DNA from: Candidatus Aegiribacteria sp.
Lineage (GTDB): Bacteria; Fermentibacterota; Fermentibacteria; Fermentibacterales; JCC-6
Reading direction: 5' to 3'
Length of the DNA stretch: 64,000 nt
NCBI GenBank assembly: GCA_030613065.1
Contig: JAUWMQ010000001.1
Coordinates: forward strand, 15,648-79,647
Numbering within the stretch: the stretch's first letter is position 1; every line of letters starts with the position of its first letter. Position numbers and translations under genes: made by a program. Shown here piece by piece: positions 46,287 to 54,135 of this stretch. The notes under the pieces are model-generated. The model did not search any database. It was not told the origin of the DNA and saw only the letters and a list, made by a program, of their open reading frames with translations.

Positions 46287-47645
46287 TCAGACGGCGTCAA
46301 AGAGTCCCAGAATTGTCCGGGATGTCTCCTTCTCCTTCTCTGCATCATCCGCAGAATCGTCTTCATCCTCGGCTGGAACGTTGTCTTCGATTATTCCGCT
46401 TTTCTCAGCAGCTTCTTCCGGAGTCGGCTTCTTCTCATCTTCACTGCTGTCCGATTCAGTAACTGCTACCTCTATCTGCGGTGGGGTTCCGTGCTCCGGT
46501 TGCCTGCATACTTCAAATACTTTATCTGCCACCGGAGGCAGCTCATCTATTGAGAATGCCCTGGACAGCTTCGACGCAGTTATTACGGCTGTCTCCAGAG
46601 TTACTCGAGGGAGGCTGCTGCGTTTAACCTCAATGGAGGCGCTGCTTAGTATCCTCAGGATATTGAGCACCGCTATATCAGGGAGGTTTTCCGACAGCTT
46701 CACAAGCAGTCTGCTTTCAGAGTCTGGAACTTCGATCAGGCTGTCTTGAGCGCCGGTTGCAACCAGCAGTAGATTCCGAAGGAATACGATTAATGCATCC
46801 AGGAGTTCGTCCACACTGTATCCCTTCGCAAGGGCACCGGACACATGATCAATAGCCCTGGAAGTATTCCCTGCCAGTATACCCGACGTGATATCATAAA
46901 GCAGGTCTGTTTCCACCAAGCCCAGGAGTTTCGTAACTTCTTCACCTTTTACGTCATTACCGGAAAAACTGACGAGTTGATCCATCAGCGAAAGAGCATC
47001 ACGCAAACTTCCTCCGCTGGCCCTGCAGACCAGGCTGAGGGCTGCACTGTCCAATGTAATCCCCTCACTTGCAGCTTCCTTTTTAAGATACTCCGACATA
47101 TCCGATACTGGTATACGCCTGAAATCGAATCGCTGACATCTGCTTAGAATAGTGTCCGGAACCTTTCTCGGCTGGGTTGTTGCAAAAATGAAAATAACCA
47201 TATCCGGTGGTTCTTCCAGAATTTTCAGGAGAGCATTGAATGCCTCATTGGTAAGCATGTGAACTTCATCGATGATATATATTTTATACTTTCCAGAAGC
47301 GGTCGCGTAACGAGCCCTTTCCCTGAGATCCCTTATCTGGTCAATACCCCTGTTGCTTGCTCCGTCTATTTCCCTGACATCCATATGATTGCCAGTTGTG
47401 ATACTTTTGCAGGAATCGCATTGCTGGCAAGGCTTTGAAGTTGGGCCCTTTTCACAGTTAAGAGCTTTCGCGAAAATTCTGGCAGTAGTAGTCTTTCCAA
47501 CACCCCTCGGACCGGTCAAGAGATAGGCATGACCTATCCTTTCCATATCAATTGCATTCCTTAATGTAATTGTAACATGATCCTGTGACAGGACTTCCTC
47601 AAATGACTGAGGACGCCATTTCCGCGCAAATACCAGGTAGCTCAA
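46287..47645 (-). CDS. dnaX: DNA polymerase III subunit gamma/tau
   Basis: Start re-set to TTG 47645 (GGAGG at 47655-47651, 5-nt spacer). This gives MSYLVFARKWRPQSFEEV, the usual DnaX N-terminus; the track start 47711 would run into the SRP RNA. Walker A GPRGVGKTT, zinc module CEKGPTSKPCQQCDSC, acidic C-terminus. Confidence 0.92.
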   Translation of the reverse strand: MSYLVFARKWRPQSFEEVLSQDHVTITLRNAIDMERIGHAYLLTGPRGVGKTTTARIFAKALNCEKGPTSKPCQQCDSCKSITTGNHMDVREIDGASNRGIDQIRDLRERARYATASGKYKIYIIDEVHMLTNEAFNALLKILEEPPDMVIFIFATTQPRKVPDTILSRCQRFDFRRIPVSDMSEYLKKEAASEGITLDSAALSLVCRASGGSLRDALSLMDQLVSFSGNDVKGEEVTKLLGLVETDLLYDITSGILAGNTSRAIDHVSGALAKGYSVDELLDALIVFLRNLLLVATGAQDSLIEVPDSESRLLVKLSENLPDIAVLNILRILSSASIEVKRSSLPRVTLETAVITASKLSRAFSIDELPPVADKVFEVCRQPEHGTPPQIEVAVTESDSSEDEKKPTPEEAAEKSGIIEDNVPAEDEDDSADDAEKEKETSRTILGLFDAV

Positions 47646-47711
47646 AAATGCCTCCGTTCCCGAATTAATGCCGGCCATACATGTCTGCTGGACAAGCTTC
47701 ACAAGATGCAA

Positions 47712-47940
47712 TCTGCAGCCAGCTCAGATCAGGTTATCCTGTATCGCCCATCAGACATCGCTTACCGCTGCTACCTTCCGGTTCTGACGGGATTCACGGG
47801 CTGACGCCGCACAGGTCCTGGTCATCAACACCACTTACATAAATACAGACTCGCTACGCATTGCCGCACAGATGTTTCAGCCCCGCTGTAGCGGATTGCG
47901 GGTACAGGGCACCGCTAGCTCCCCGCCTAGCACAGCCGGC
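47712..47940 (-). ncRNA. ffs: Signal recognition particle RNA, long (Alu-domain-containing, Bacillus-type) form
   Basis: The reverse complement contains GTGCTAGGCGGGGAGCTAGCGGTGCCCTGTACCCGCAATCCGCTACAGCGGGG and AAGTGGTGTTGA (Alu-domain motifs as in B. subtilis scRNA). It also contains the S-domain core GTCAGAACCGGAAGGTAGCAGC (cf. GUCAGGUCCGGAAGGAAGCAGC). The 5' GCCGGCT can pair with the 3' AGCTGGC. Ends are +/-10 nt. Confidence 0.85.
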
Positions 47941-47995
47941 AGTTTGAATATACAAGCACATAGTAAACTAGAGAAGAGGGTTAAACCCGCGAATC

Positions 47996-48784
47996 TCAAT
48001 CCAGAGGCATCACGATTTCCTCAGCGAATGCTGAATCGGTCCTGATAAGAACATCATTTTTCTTGTTGCTGTGACTTAGAGCAAGAACAGCTGCGGTGAC
48101 TGCAAGTAACAAAACAAGAAAGTATGCCAGGTATTTCCTTCCTGGCAAACCCAGTCTTCCTGAATCGGCGTACAATCTTATTGCGGCAGCGGAACCGCCC
48201 TTTTTTCTGAACCTTATTCGTGTCTCCCTGATCATCTCGGACAGGCAGAAGGATAATGGTTTTCTGCAGCTTGAAGAGAACTTCTGGGCCGCGAAGGATC
48301 CAACTTGCTTTCCAAGGCTGCCAGTCAGGAGAATGATCGACTGAGCTGGTTTCAATCTTAAGTGCCTTATACCCTCACATGTGAGATCCACGACATTTCC
48401 CGAACCTCTCCCGTCAGAATCAGCGCCTGATAGAAAGGCCAGACAGGTTCCACTGGTGTAGATCCACACCTCATCTCCTAGAATGGCCGCGGCTGCCAGG
48501 GAAAATAATACACGTTTCTCATCCGATACGAACGAATTGATTTCGCCAACAGCTTCCATGAGTACATCTGCAACACCGTATGCAACTCCTTCGGCGAAAG
48601 CATCCCTTACAATGGCAACCGCCTTCTCACCGTAACTGGAATCCGATGAATTGTTTTCCGCTACAACAATAGCTCCAGCGACAGCAGAGGAACCATGAAA
48701 CCCATCGGCAAGAGATTCCATTCTGGATATCATCCGGCCTGGCTGGTTCATCCAGGAGATTTCAGTTCGGGTTATGGCCAGCAA
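47996..48784 (-). CDS. Hypothetical C-terminally membrane-anchored protein (possible degenerate PP2C-like fold)
   Basis: 262 aa. TM YLAYFLVLLLAVTAAVLAL near the C-terminus. Weak PP2C-like spacing (ADGFHGSS ... LAAAAILGDEVWIYTSGTCLAFL), but the metal-binding Asp residues are not evident. Confidence 0.55.
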   Translation of the reverse strand: MLAITRTEISWMNQPGRMISRMESLADGFHGSSAVAGAIVVAENNSSDSSYGEKAVAIVRDAFAEGVAYGVADVLMEAVGEINSFVSDEKRVLFSLAAAAILGDEVWIYTSGTCLAFLSGADSDGRGSGNVVDLTCEGIRHLRLKPAQSIILLTGSLGKQVGSFAAQKFSSSCRKPLSFCLSEMIRETRIRFRKKGGSAAAIRLYADSGRLGLPGRKYLAYFLVLLLAVTAAVLALSHSNKKNDVLIRTDSAFAEEIVMPLD

Positions 48785-48880
48785 GTATTACCTGCTTTCT
48801 TTCGGGAAGATTTGTAGCAGTAATAGGCGGAATTCGCAGTACAAAGTGCTTCTTAATTACATTATTCAGGCTGAAATATC

Positions 48881-48956
48881 TGGTGGAGATGAGCGGGATC
48901 GAACCGCCGACCTCTGCCTTGCGAAGGCAGCGCTCTTCCAACTGAGCTACATCCCC
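48881..48956 (-). tRNA. tRNA-Ala (CGC), CCA encoded
   Basis: Reverse complement is GGGGATGTAGCTCAGTTGGAAGAGCGCTGCCTTCGCAAGGCAGAGGTCGGCGGTTCGATCCCGCTCATCTCCACCA. The G3:U70 identity pair is present, and the anticodon loop is TTCGCAA. Confidence 0.95.
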
Positions 48957-49011
48957 ACATTAAATTCTGTTCCGAATTGTTTGCCGTCAGTAAGACTTGG
49001 ACTGCTTCGAT

Positions 49012-50712
49012 TCACTCGATGAGGTACACCTTTCCAAAGCCGGTTATCTCAGTATAACCCTCTTGAGATCCAGTGTTGGAAAGCACTATTTCAGGATCGG
49101 TTGCCATAATGGATGAAGTCCTGACGTAATAAGCACGGTTATTGTCCCCAAGTAGAATAACTCGCATGGGATGATCAGTCTTAAATATAACTTTCTCACG
49201 AATTTTATCTTTAACGACATAAAGAGAATCATTTTTCGGAATATCCAACAACTCGATGTTAATAATTCCAGTGTGGAAAGCAACCGCATCTTTCCGGATA
49301 ACCATATTCTCATTCAGTTCTACTATTAGAGGTTCTTGAGAACCACAGTTAAGAAGGAATCTTCCTTTGCCGGAAAGTTCATGTATGCCTTCGCCGGAAA
49401 TTTCAACTTTAATTGAATTTTCATAAATTGATAACATAAAATGCTTTACGCGAGCGGTGCCCGATCTTAGGTGAACAGTTAGAAGTCCCGATTCAGGTGA
49501 CCAGGGATCAACGGTTAAATCAGCCTCCTGCTTTAATACGGCAGTACTATTTTCCTTAACTTCTTCTGCGGGCTCAGCTTCCTCTTCTTCCTCAGGCTCA
49601 TCGGCTTCGGGTTCGATTACCTCTTCTTCGGAAACGTCAGCCTCGGGTTCGACTTCTTCTTCGGTCTCATCGGCCTCGGGTTCGATTACCTCTTCTTCGG
49701 GCTCATCGGCCTCGGGTTCGATATTATCTTCCGCATCTGAGGGTTCCGGTGCTTTGAAAATTGCCTCCAGCGTATTGTCTGAACTGAGAGGGTAAGGCTC
49801 CGCTTGATCATCTTTTGCCGGTTTCGAAGCGAATGGAGAGTCATCGTCTTCCTCAGGTTCTTCTTCGAGTTCTTCTTCGAGTTCTTCTGCCTCCGGCTCG
49901 ACTTTGGTCTCTTCTTCCTCCATTAAGGATGAAGTGCCGAATATCTCATCAAGACTTATTTGAGCGTTCTTCTCAGTTTCGGTGTCTTCAGACTCTCCGT
50001 GAATGTCTGAATAGCCTTCATCCCGGGAATCTTCCGAATCTGCAAATTCAGACAGCAGGGTCTGGCTGGTGGATACTCCTATATTCTGCAGCAGTTCTGA
50101 AATATCATCCTCTTCTACCTCTGCTGAATCACCTGATAATCCAATATTCTTCAGAAGCCTTTCCACGCTGTCCTCTTCGTCAGCTCCAGAATCAGCGAAT
50201 AGTTCATCCGATGGAACATCAGGGAAAATCTGCAGTCCGTCTTTGAACTTATCCTCCGTATCATCAGTGTCTGTATCGCCGGACCCGTCACTCAGGGGAG
50301 CGTTGAAAACATCTGCAAGGTTAACCCCGGAGTCCTTGGTTCTGGTTTCAATTCTCTTAATGGCCACACTGGCACCGTGATGGTCAGGTTCATCATCAAG
50401 TACTACACTGTAATTATCCTGAGCCAGCTGGTATTCTCCCAGTTCTTCAAGAACCTGAGCCAGTCTGAAATTATTGCTGGTGTTCCCCTCATTGAGTGTA
50501 ATGAGTATTTCAAGCTGTGACCTTGCTTCAGACCAGAGTGCCATACTCATGCAGGTGTCTGCTAAAAGGCTCCTGGCCCTGGGTCTTGTTCCTATCAGGG
50601 AGATTGCCTTCTGAAGCAGTTCCCTGGCCTGCTCCGGAGATTCCTTTGTCAAGTATCCCTCGGCATCATTACACAGAGTATTATAAGTTTCCCCAGTAAA
50701 AGTATCGGACAT
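49012..50712 (-). CDS. TPR protein with hyper-acidic repeat linker and beta-rich C-terminal domain (possibly AIM24-like)
   Basis: 566 aa. N-terminal TPR (ARELLQKAISL..., LAQVLEELGEYQLAQDNYSVVL), a ~230 aa D/E-rich linker with EPEADEPEEEVI repeats, and a C-terminal ~190 aa domain ending EITGFGKVYLIE. Confidence 0.7.
   Translation of the reverse strand: MSDTFTGETYNTLCNDAEGYLTKESPEQARELLQKAISLIGTRPRARSLLADTCMSMALWSEARSQLEILITLNEGNTSNNFRLAQVLEELGEYQLAQDNYSVVLDDEPDHHGASVAIKRIETRTKDSGVNLADVFNAPLSDGSGDTDTDDTEDKFKDGLQIFPDVPSDELFADSGADEEDSVERLLKNIGLSGDSAEVEEDDISELLQNIGVSTSQTLLSEFADSEDSRDEGYSDIHGESEDTETEKNAQISLDEIFGTSSLMEEEETKVEPEAEELEEELEEEPEEDDDSPFASKPAKDDQAEPYPLSSDNTLEAIFKAPEPSDAEDNIEPEADEPEEEVIEPEADETEEEVEPEADVSEEEVIEPEADEPEEEEEAEPAEEVKENSTAVLKQEADLTVDPWSPESGLLTVHLRSGTARVKHFMLSIYENSIKVEISGEGIHELSGKGRFLLNCGSQEPLIVELNENMVIRKDAVAFHTGIINIELLDIPKNDSLYVVKDKIREKVIFKTDHPMRVILLGDNNRAYYVRTSSIMATDPEIVLSNTGSQEGYTEITGFGKVYLIE
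49596..49734. repeat. Four tandem 33-36 nt coding repeats (EPEAD.xEEEVI units)
   Basis: ctcatcggcYtcgggttcgattacctcttcttcgg recurs at 49597, ~49632 (degenerate), 49665 and 49701. Confidence 0.8.
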
Positions 50713-50811
50713 ATTCCCTCCCTGATGAAATGCTGAATTCGCTGGTATTGCAGATATTTACGAACATCAGCAACCCTAACGGTCCCTGATTGACCGCTAT
50801 ACCAGCCAGGG

Positions 50812-50904
50812 TGGCGGAGAGAGAGGGATTCGAACCCTCGAGAACGAATACACGCCCTACACGGTTTCCAACCGTGCTCCTTCGACCAGCTCGGACATCT
50901 CTCC
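50812..50904 (-). tRNA. tRNA-Ser (GGA), type II with long variable arm, CCA encoded
   Basis: Reverse complement is GGAGAGATGTCCGAGCTGGTCGAAGGAGCACGGTTGGAAACCGTGTAGGGCGTGTATTCGTTCTCGAGGGTTCGAATCCCTCTCTCTCCGCCA. Confidence 0.93.
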
Positions 50905-50973
50905 GCATAGACACTAAACCGCAAGAGACACCAGCAGATTAACCGTAAGATGCTGGTAATTCTTGCAGGTTAA

Positions 50974-51002
50974 TTGATAGGTAATATAGGAAAAACTGTC
51001 AA
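50974..51002 (-). promoter_or_regulatory. Sigma70-like promoter for tRNA-Ser(GGA) (TTGACA-N17-TATCAA)
   Basis: Minus-strand reading: TTGACA (51002-50997), a 17-nt spacer, then TATCAA (50979-50974), ~70 nt upstream of the tRNA 5' end. Confidence 0.45.
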
Positions 51003-51026
51003 CTTGCACACATTCAGCAGTTGGAG

Positions 51027-51180
51027 CCAGTGGGGTCGCCAGTGGGGTCGGGTCTCGAATCTTAGCATTATCGGGGTCTGGCGTCGAATCTTGCGTTTAA
51101 CTTTTTAAGACAGTAACAAATGCCAAGATTCGAGGCCTGACCCCGTTTGCTTATTATGCTAAGATTCGAGACCCGACCCC
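51027..51180. repeat. Composite repeat element: 2 x 12 bp tandem (CCAGTGGGGTCG) plus nested inverted repeats built from a ~25-bp GGGGTC..CTCGAATCTT.GCAT unit
   Basis: Outer arms 51044-51068 and 51156-51180 are perfect 25-bp reverse complements. Inner arms 51073-51093 and 51124-51144 match 19/21. The central loop is 30 nt (51094-51123). The element starts 3 nt after the maf stop. Confidence 0.9.
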
Positions 51181-51183
51181 TGT

Positions 51184-51774
51184 TTATTCCCCATTCAGAA
51201 GTCTGTCCCTTAATTCATGGACGAACCTGGAAACAGGTAAACCCATCACATTGAAGAAGCATCCCTCAATCCGTTCCACAAGTAGACTCCCGTACCCCTG
51301 TATACCGTATGCGCCTGCCTTATCCAAAGGTTCTCCTGTGGAAACATAGGCATTAATCTCATCGGCCCCAAGGTTTCTGAACAAGACCCTCGTCTCTTCA
51401 ACGAAGTGCATATCAAGTCCCTTTTCCGGCCAGAGGAGACAGACACCGCCGAATACTGAGTGCCATTCCCCGGAAAGCCTGCCAAGCATATCCCTGGCAT
51501 GGGCTTCATCATGAGGTTTCCCAAGAAGTTCATCACCCAGGGCTACCATAGTATCTGCACCCAGTACAGGATCACCGCTGATTGAGGAGAGGGCGTTTTC
51601 CGCCTTCTTTCTTGCCCAGTACTGAACGACTGTATCAGGTGATCCATCCACCCATGTTTCTATCACATTTCCAGGGATCTGTACAAACGGGATACCTGCC
51701 ATTTCCAGTATGACTCTCCTCCTGGGAGATTTACTGGCAAGAACAAGTGGAGAAGCTGCTGGATACCACCACAC
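51184..51774 (-). CDS. maf: Maf-family nucleoside triphosphate pyrophosphatase
   Basis: 196 aa. LVLASKSPRRRVILEMAGIPF, GADT, AGAYGIQG. Confidence 0.9.
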   Translation of the reverse strand: MWWYPAASPLVLASKSPRRRVILEMAGIPFVQIPGNVIETWVDGSPDTVVQYWARKKAENALSSISGDPVLGADTMVALGDELLGKPHDEAHARDMLGRLSGEWHSVFGGVCLLWPEKGLDMHFVEETRVLFRNLGADEINAYVSTGEPLDKAGAYGIQGYGSLLVERIEGCFFNVMGLPVSRFVHELRDRLLNGE

Positions 51775-51775
51775 T

Positions 51776-52231
51776 CTAACAGATCCGTTCGGAAGGAGAG
51801 TCTACCATAATGGTAACCGGGCCATCATTTACCAGGCTGATTTTCATCATTGCCCCGAATATGCCCGAACTAACCTTCAGTCCTGTGTGGGATACGATCT
51901 CGATAAAGAGATTGTAGAGCAGTTCAGCCCTTTCGGGTAGAGCGGCATTCATGAAGCTCGGCCGCCTTCCCTTTCTTGAATCGGCATGCAGTGTGAACTG
52001 GCTTACAATCAGGATGTCTCCGCCGATATCACTCACCGACAAATTCATGCTGTTTTTCGAATCGGGAAATATTCTCAGGCCGATTATCTTCCTCGACATC
52101 CAGGCAAGATCCTCTTCGGTATCCGACCTGCCGAAACTTACGAAGGCGAGCAGTCCTGGCCCTATTTCACCTGCTATACTGCTTACCGTCGCCACGGATG
52201 CACCTGAAACCCGCTGCAGAAGAGTTTTCAT
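51776..52231 (-). CDS. dtd: D-aminoacyl-tRNA deacylase
   Basis: 151 aa. MKTLLQRVS.ASV, VSQFTLHAD, NDGPVT. Confidence 0.93.
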   Translation of the reverse strand: MKTLLQRVSGASVATVSSIAGEIGPGLLAFVSFGRSDTEEDLAWMSRKIIGLRIFPDSKNSMNLSVSDIGGDILIVSQFTLHADSRKGRRPSFMNAALPERAELLYNLFIEIVSHTGLKVSSGIFGAMMKISLVNDGPVTIMVDSPSERIC

Positions 52232-52719
52232 ACATTGATTTCTTCATCAGACTGATCAAGTTCCTCATTGATAGAACCCGGAATACCAGCCGTAATTGCG
52301 ACCACTGTTCCAGCGATACTGCCAAGGGCAACAGGCAGGCCTGCAAGCTGAAGAAACCTCCCAAGCCTCAGGTGTTTCACCGATCTATTCCTGTACGCTG
52401 CCAGACGCATGACTGATCCGGATGCAAAAAGAACCAGGCCTGTCCAGCGGAGAATCCATGGCGGGCCATAGGTAGTGAGTTCAAGAAGAAAACCATCGAT
52501 TGCGCTGACAAGCAAAACAGCATAAAATACCGTATAGGGGAGGCTGGCAGAGCCTCCCCTGTATTTTGATTCAGATGCACTCCAGAAAAGGTACAGCAGC
52601 ACGGTGGCTCCACATATCTGGAATTCGCTCGAATGCAACGGCAGGGCTTCCGGGTCTATAATACCGAGTAACCACAGTACACCTATCAGAGCCAGAACCG
52701 TTAGTGATCGTAAAGCCAT
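52228..52719 (-). CDS. Small polytopic membrane protein, unknown function
   Basis: 163 aa with ~4 hydrophobic helices. It has a 4-nt overlap with dtd. Confidence 0.55.
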   Translation of the reverse strand: MALRSLTVLALIGVLWLLGIIDPEALPLHSSEFQICGATVLLYLFWSASESKYRGGSASLPYTVFYAVLLVSAIDGFLLELTTYGPPWILRWTGLVLFASGSVMRLAAYRNRSVKHLRLGRFLQLAGLPVALGSIAGTVVAITAGIPGSINEELDQSDEEINV

Positions 52720-52724
52720 GCGCC

Positions 52725-53951
52725 CTAAAGAACCCCCAACCAGTCATCCTCACCGGGAGTACCGCCAAGTCCGTTATTGTTACCATCAAACAGGTTTCCA
52801 TACTCATCGGCAACCATGCATGAAATGAACAGGGTAACCGTCCCTTCGGCATAACGCTGAAGCAGACAGTTAACTGCCGACGGATCCGCACCGGTTTCGA
52901 AGACGATTGGAATGGAGCCGTTATCATCGGTTACCTGAATGTTAGCAGCGATGAATGTTGCATCATCCATGACCACATCATCACCGGTCAGGCTCTCTTC
53001 GAATTCTATATGAACGGAAGTGTTTCCGGGCATAAGGGTCGCTTCCGACAGAGTCGGAGGTGTAGCATGGGTTGAGGAGTCATCTTCGTACTGGAAATCC
53101 CATACAACATCCGGTTCGTTGGGCCAGACTAATCCATCATTGTTAGTATCAAGATAGTTACCTGCGGAATCAGCGAGTTGCGCAGATAATCTGGCTGTGT
53201 ACCTGGTTCCGTAGGAAAGCTCACTCGTTGGTACGACGTTAATCTCGGTGCCAGTCGCAAACGACAGCTCTAGCTCTACTGAAGCCGAGTCAGAAGTTCT
53301 CACCAGAGTAAATTTATCAAGAGTAAGCTGCGAAACATCCATTGGTCCGTTAGTGAAGAAAACCCTTGGATGGGGAAGTAAATTAGTACCCCCCCCTGTG
53401 TTTGGAAAAGCGCCGGTAACACTCGGAGGGGTAATGTCTCGCATTTCTGCAGATCCGCAATAGAACGCAATCAATCTGTCATCCCAGGGGGATCCATCGT
53501 ACAGTGCGTTGTAATTGGGATCCAGCTCATTTCCTCCAAGATCAAGAATACTCCCTGCAGTAACGGTAAGAAGGTACGCCGTATTATCGGAGAATGTCCC
53601 CACAAGAACGGCTGTTCCATCCTCGGGATAGTAGCTGATGCTTTCGAATTGAACGGCACCTGTCCCCGGCTCCGTTTCAACCATCTCGAATGACGCGGCA
53701 GTGACGGTTGAGGGATCAATCTCCTTGTCGAAGCTCAATACCACCGCATCCTGAATACCCGCTGTTCCAGGATCAAGGTCGCTGAACTGAAAACTGCCGG
53801 GGCCATTGCTCTCCGTTCCGGCAATATCGATGTGGGGATGTGCGTTTCCGCCTTCCCACTGCACTTCAGGGTCGGCTTTGAAGGGGTTATCCTGTGCGCA
53901 CCCCAGAAGAAGCAGGAGCATAATTGAGATTCCTGCTGTTATCCTTTTCAT
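52725..53951 (-). CDS. Lipoprotein with tandem Ig-like (SbsA/Big_5-like) domains
   Basis: Start set to ATG 53951 (GAAGGA upstream), giving MKRITAGISIMLLLLLGCAQD (lipobox). The body is repeated beta-rich segments with D/T/G-rich loops. Confidence 0.65.
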   Translation of the reverse strand: MKRITAGISIMLLLLLGCAQDNPFKADPEVQWEGGNAHPHIDIAGTESNGPGSFQFSDLDPGTAGIQDAVVLSFDKEIDPSTVTAASFEMVETEPGTGAVQFESISYYPEDGTAVLVGTFSDNTAYLLTVTAGSILDLGGNELDPNYNALYDGSPWDDRLIAFYCGSAEMRDITPPSVTGAFPNTGGGTNLLPHPRVFFTNGPMDVSQLTLDKFTLVRTSDSASVELELSFATGTEINVVPTSELSYGTRYTARLSAQLADSAGNYLDTNNDGLVWPNEPDVVWDFQYEDDSSTHATPPTLSEATLMPGNTSVHIEFEESLTGDDVVMDDATFIAANIQVTDDNGSIPIVFETGADPSAVNCLLQRYAEGTVTLFISCMVADEYGNLFDGNNNGLGGTPGEDDWLGVL

Positions 53952-54135
53952 AGTATATCCTTCTTCCATCGGCTAGGAGTGTGTCCGGCAATGTGCATTG
54001 AGCAGAAGATACTCACGGCTGAGATAGAATGCTCGGAGATTTGAGGAGAATACTTGGATGTATTTGACGATGATATGCGAGTATTATAGCCAGCTGTGTG
54101 GGTTTTATGCCAATGTTTCATTGTCGGACATGCTC

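Noticed and set aside
50649-50924. Two minus-strand ORFs (91 and 77 aa) and the plus-strand ORF 48774..49022
   Set aside because: They overlap tRNA-Ser(GGA) and tRNA-Ala(CGC) respectively. They are artefacts of translating tRNA genes and their flanks.
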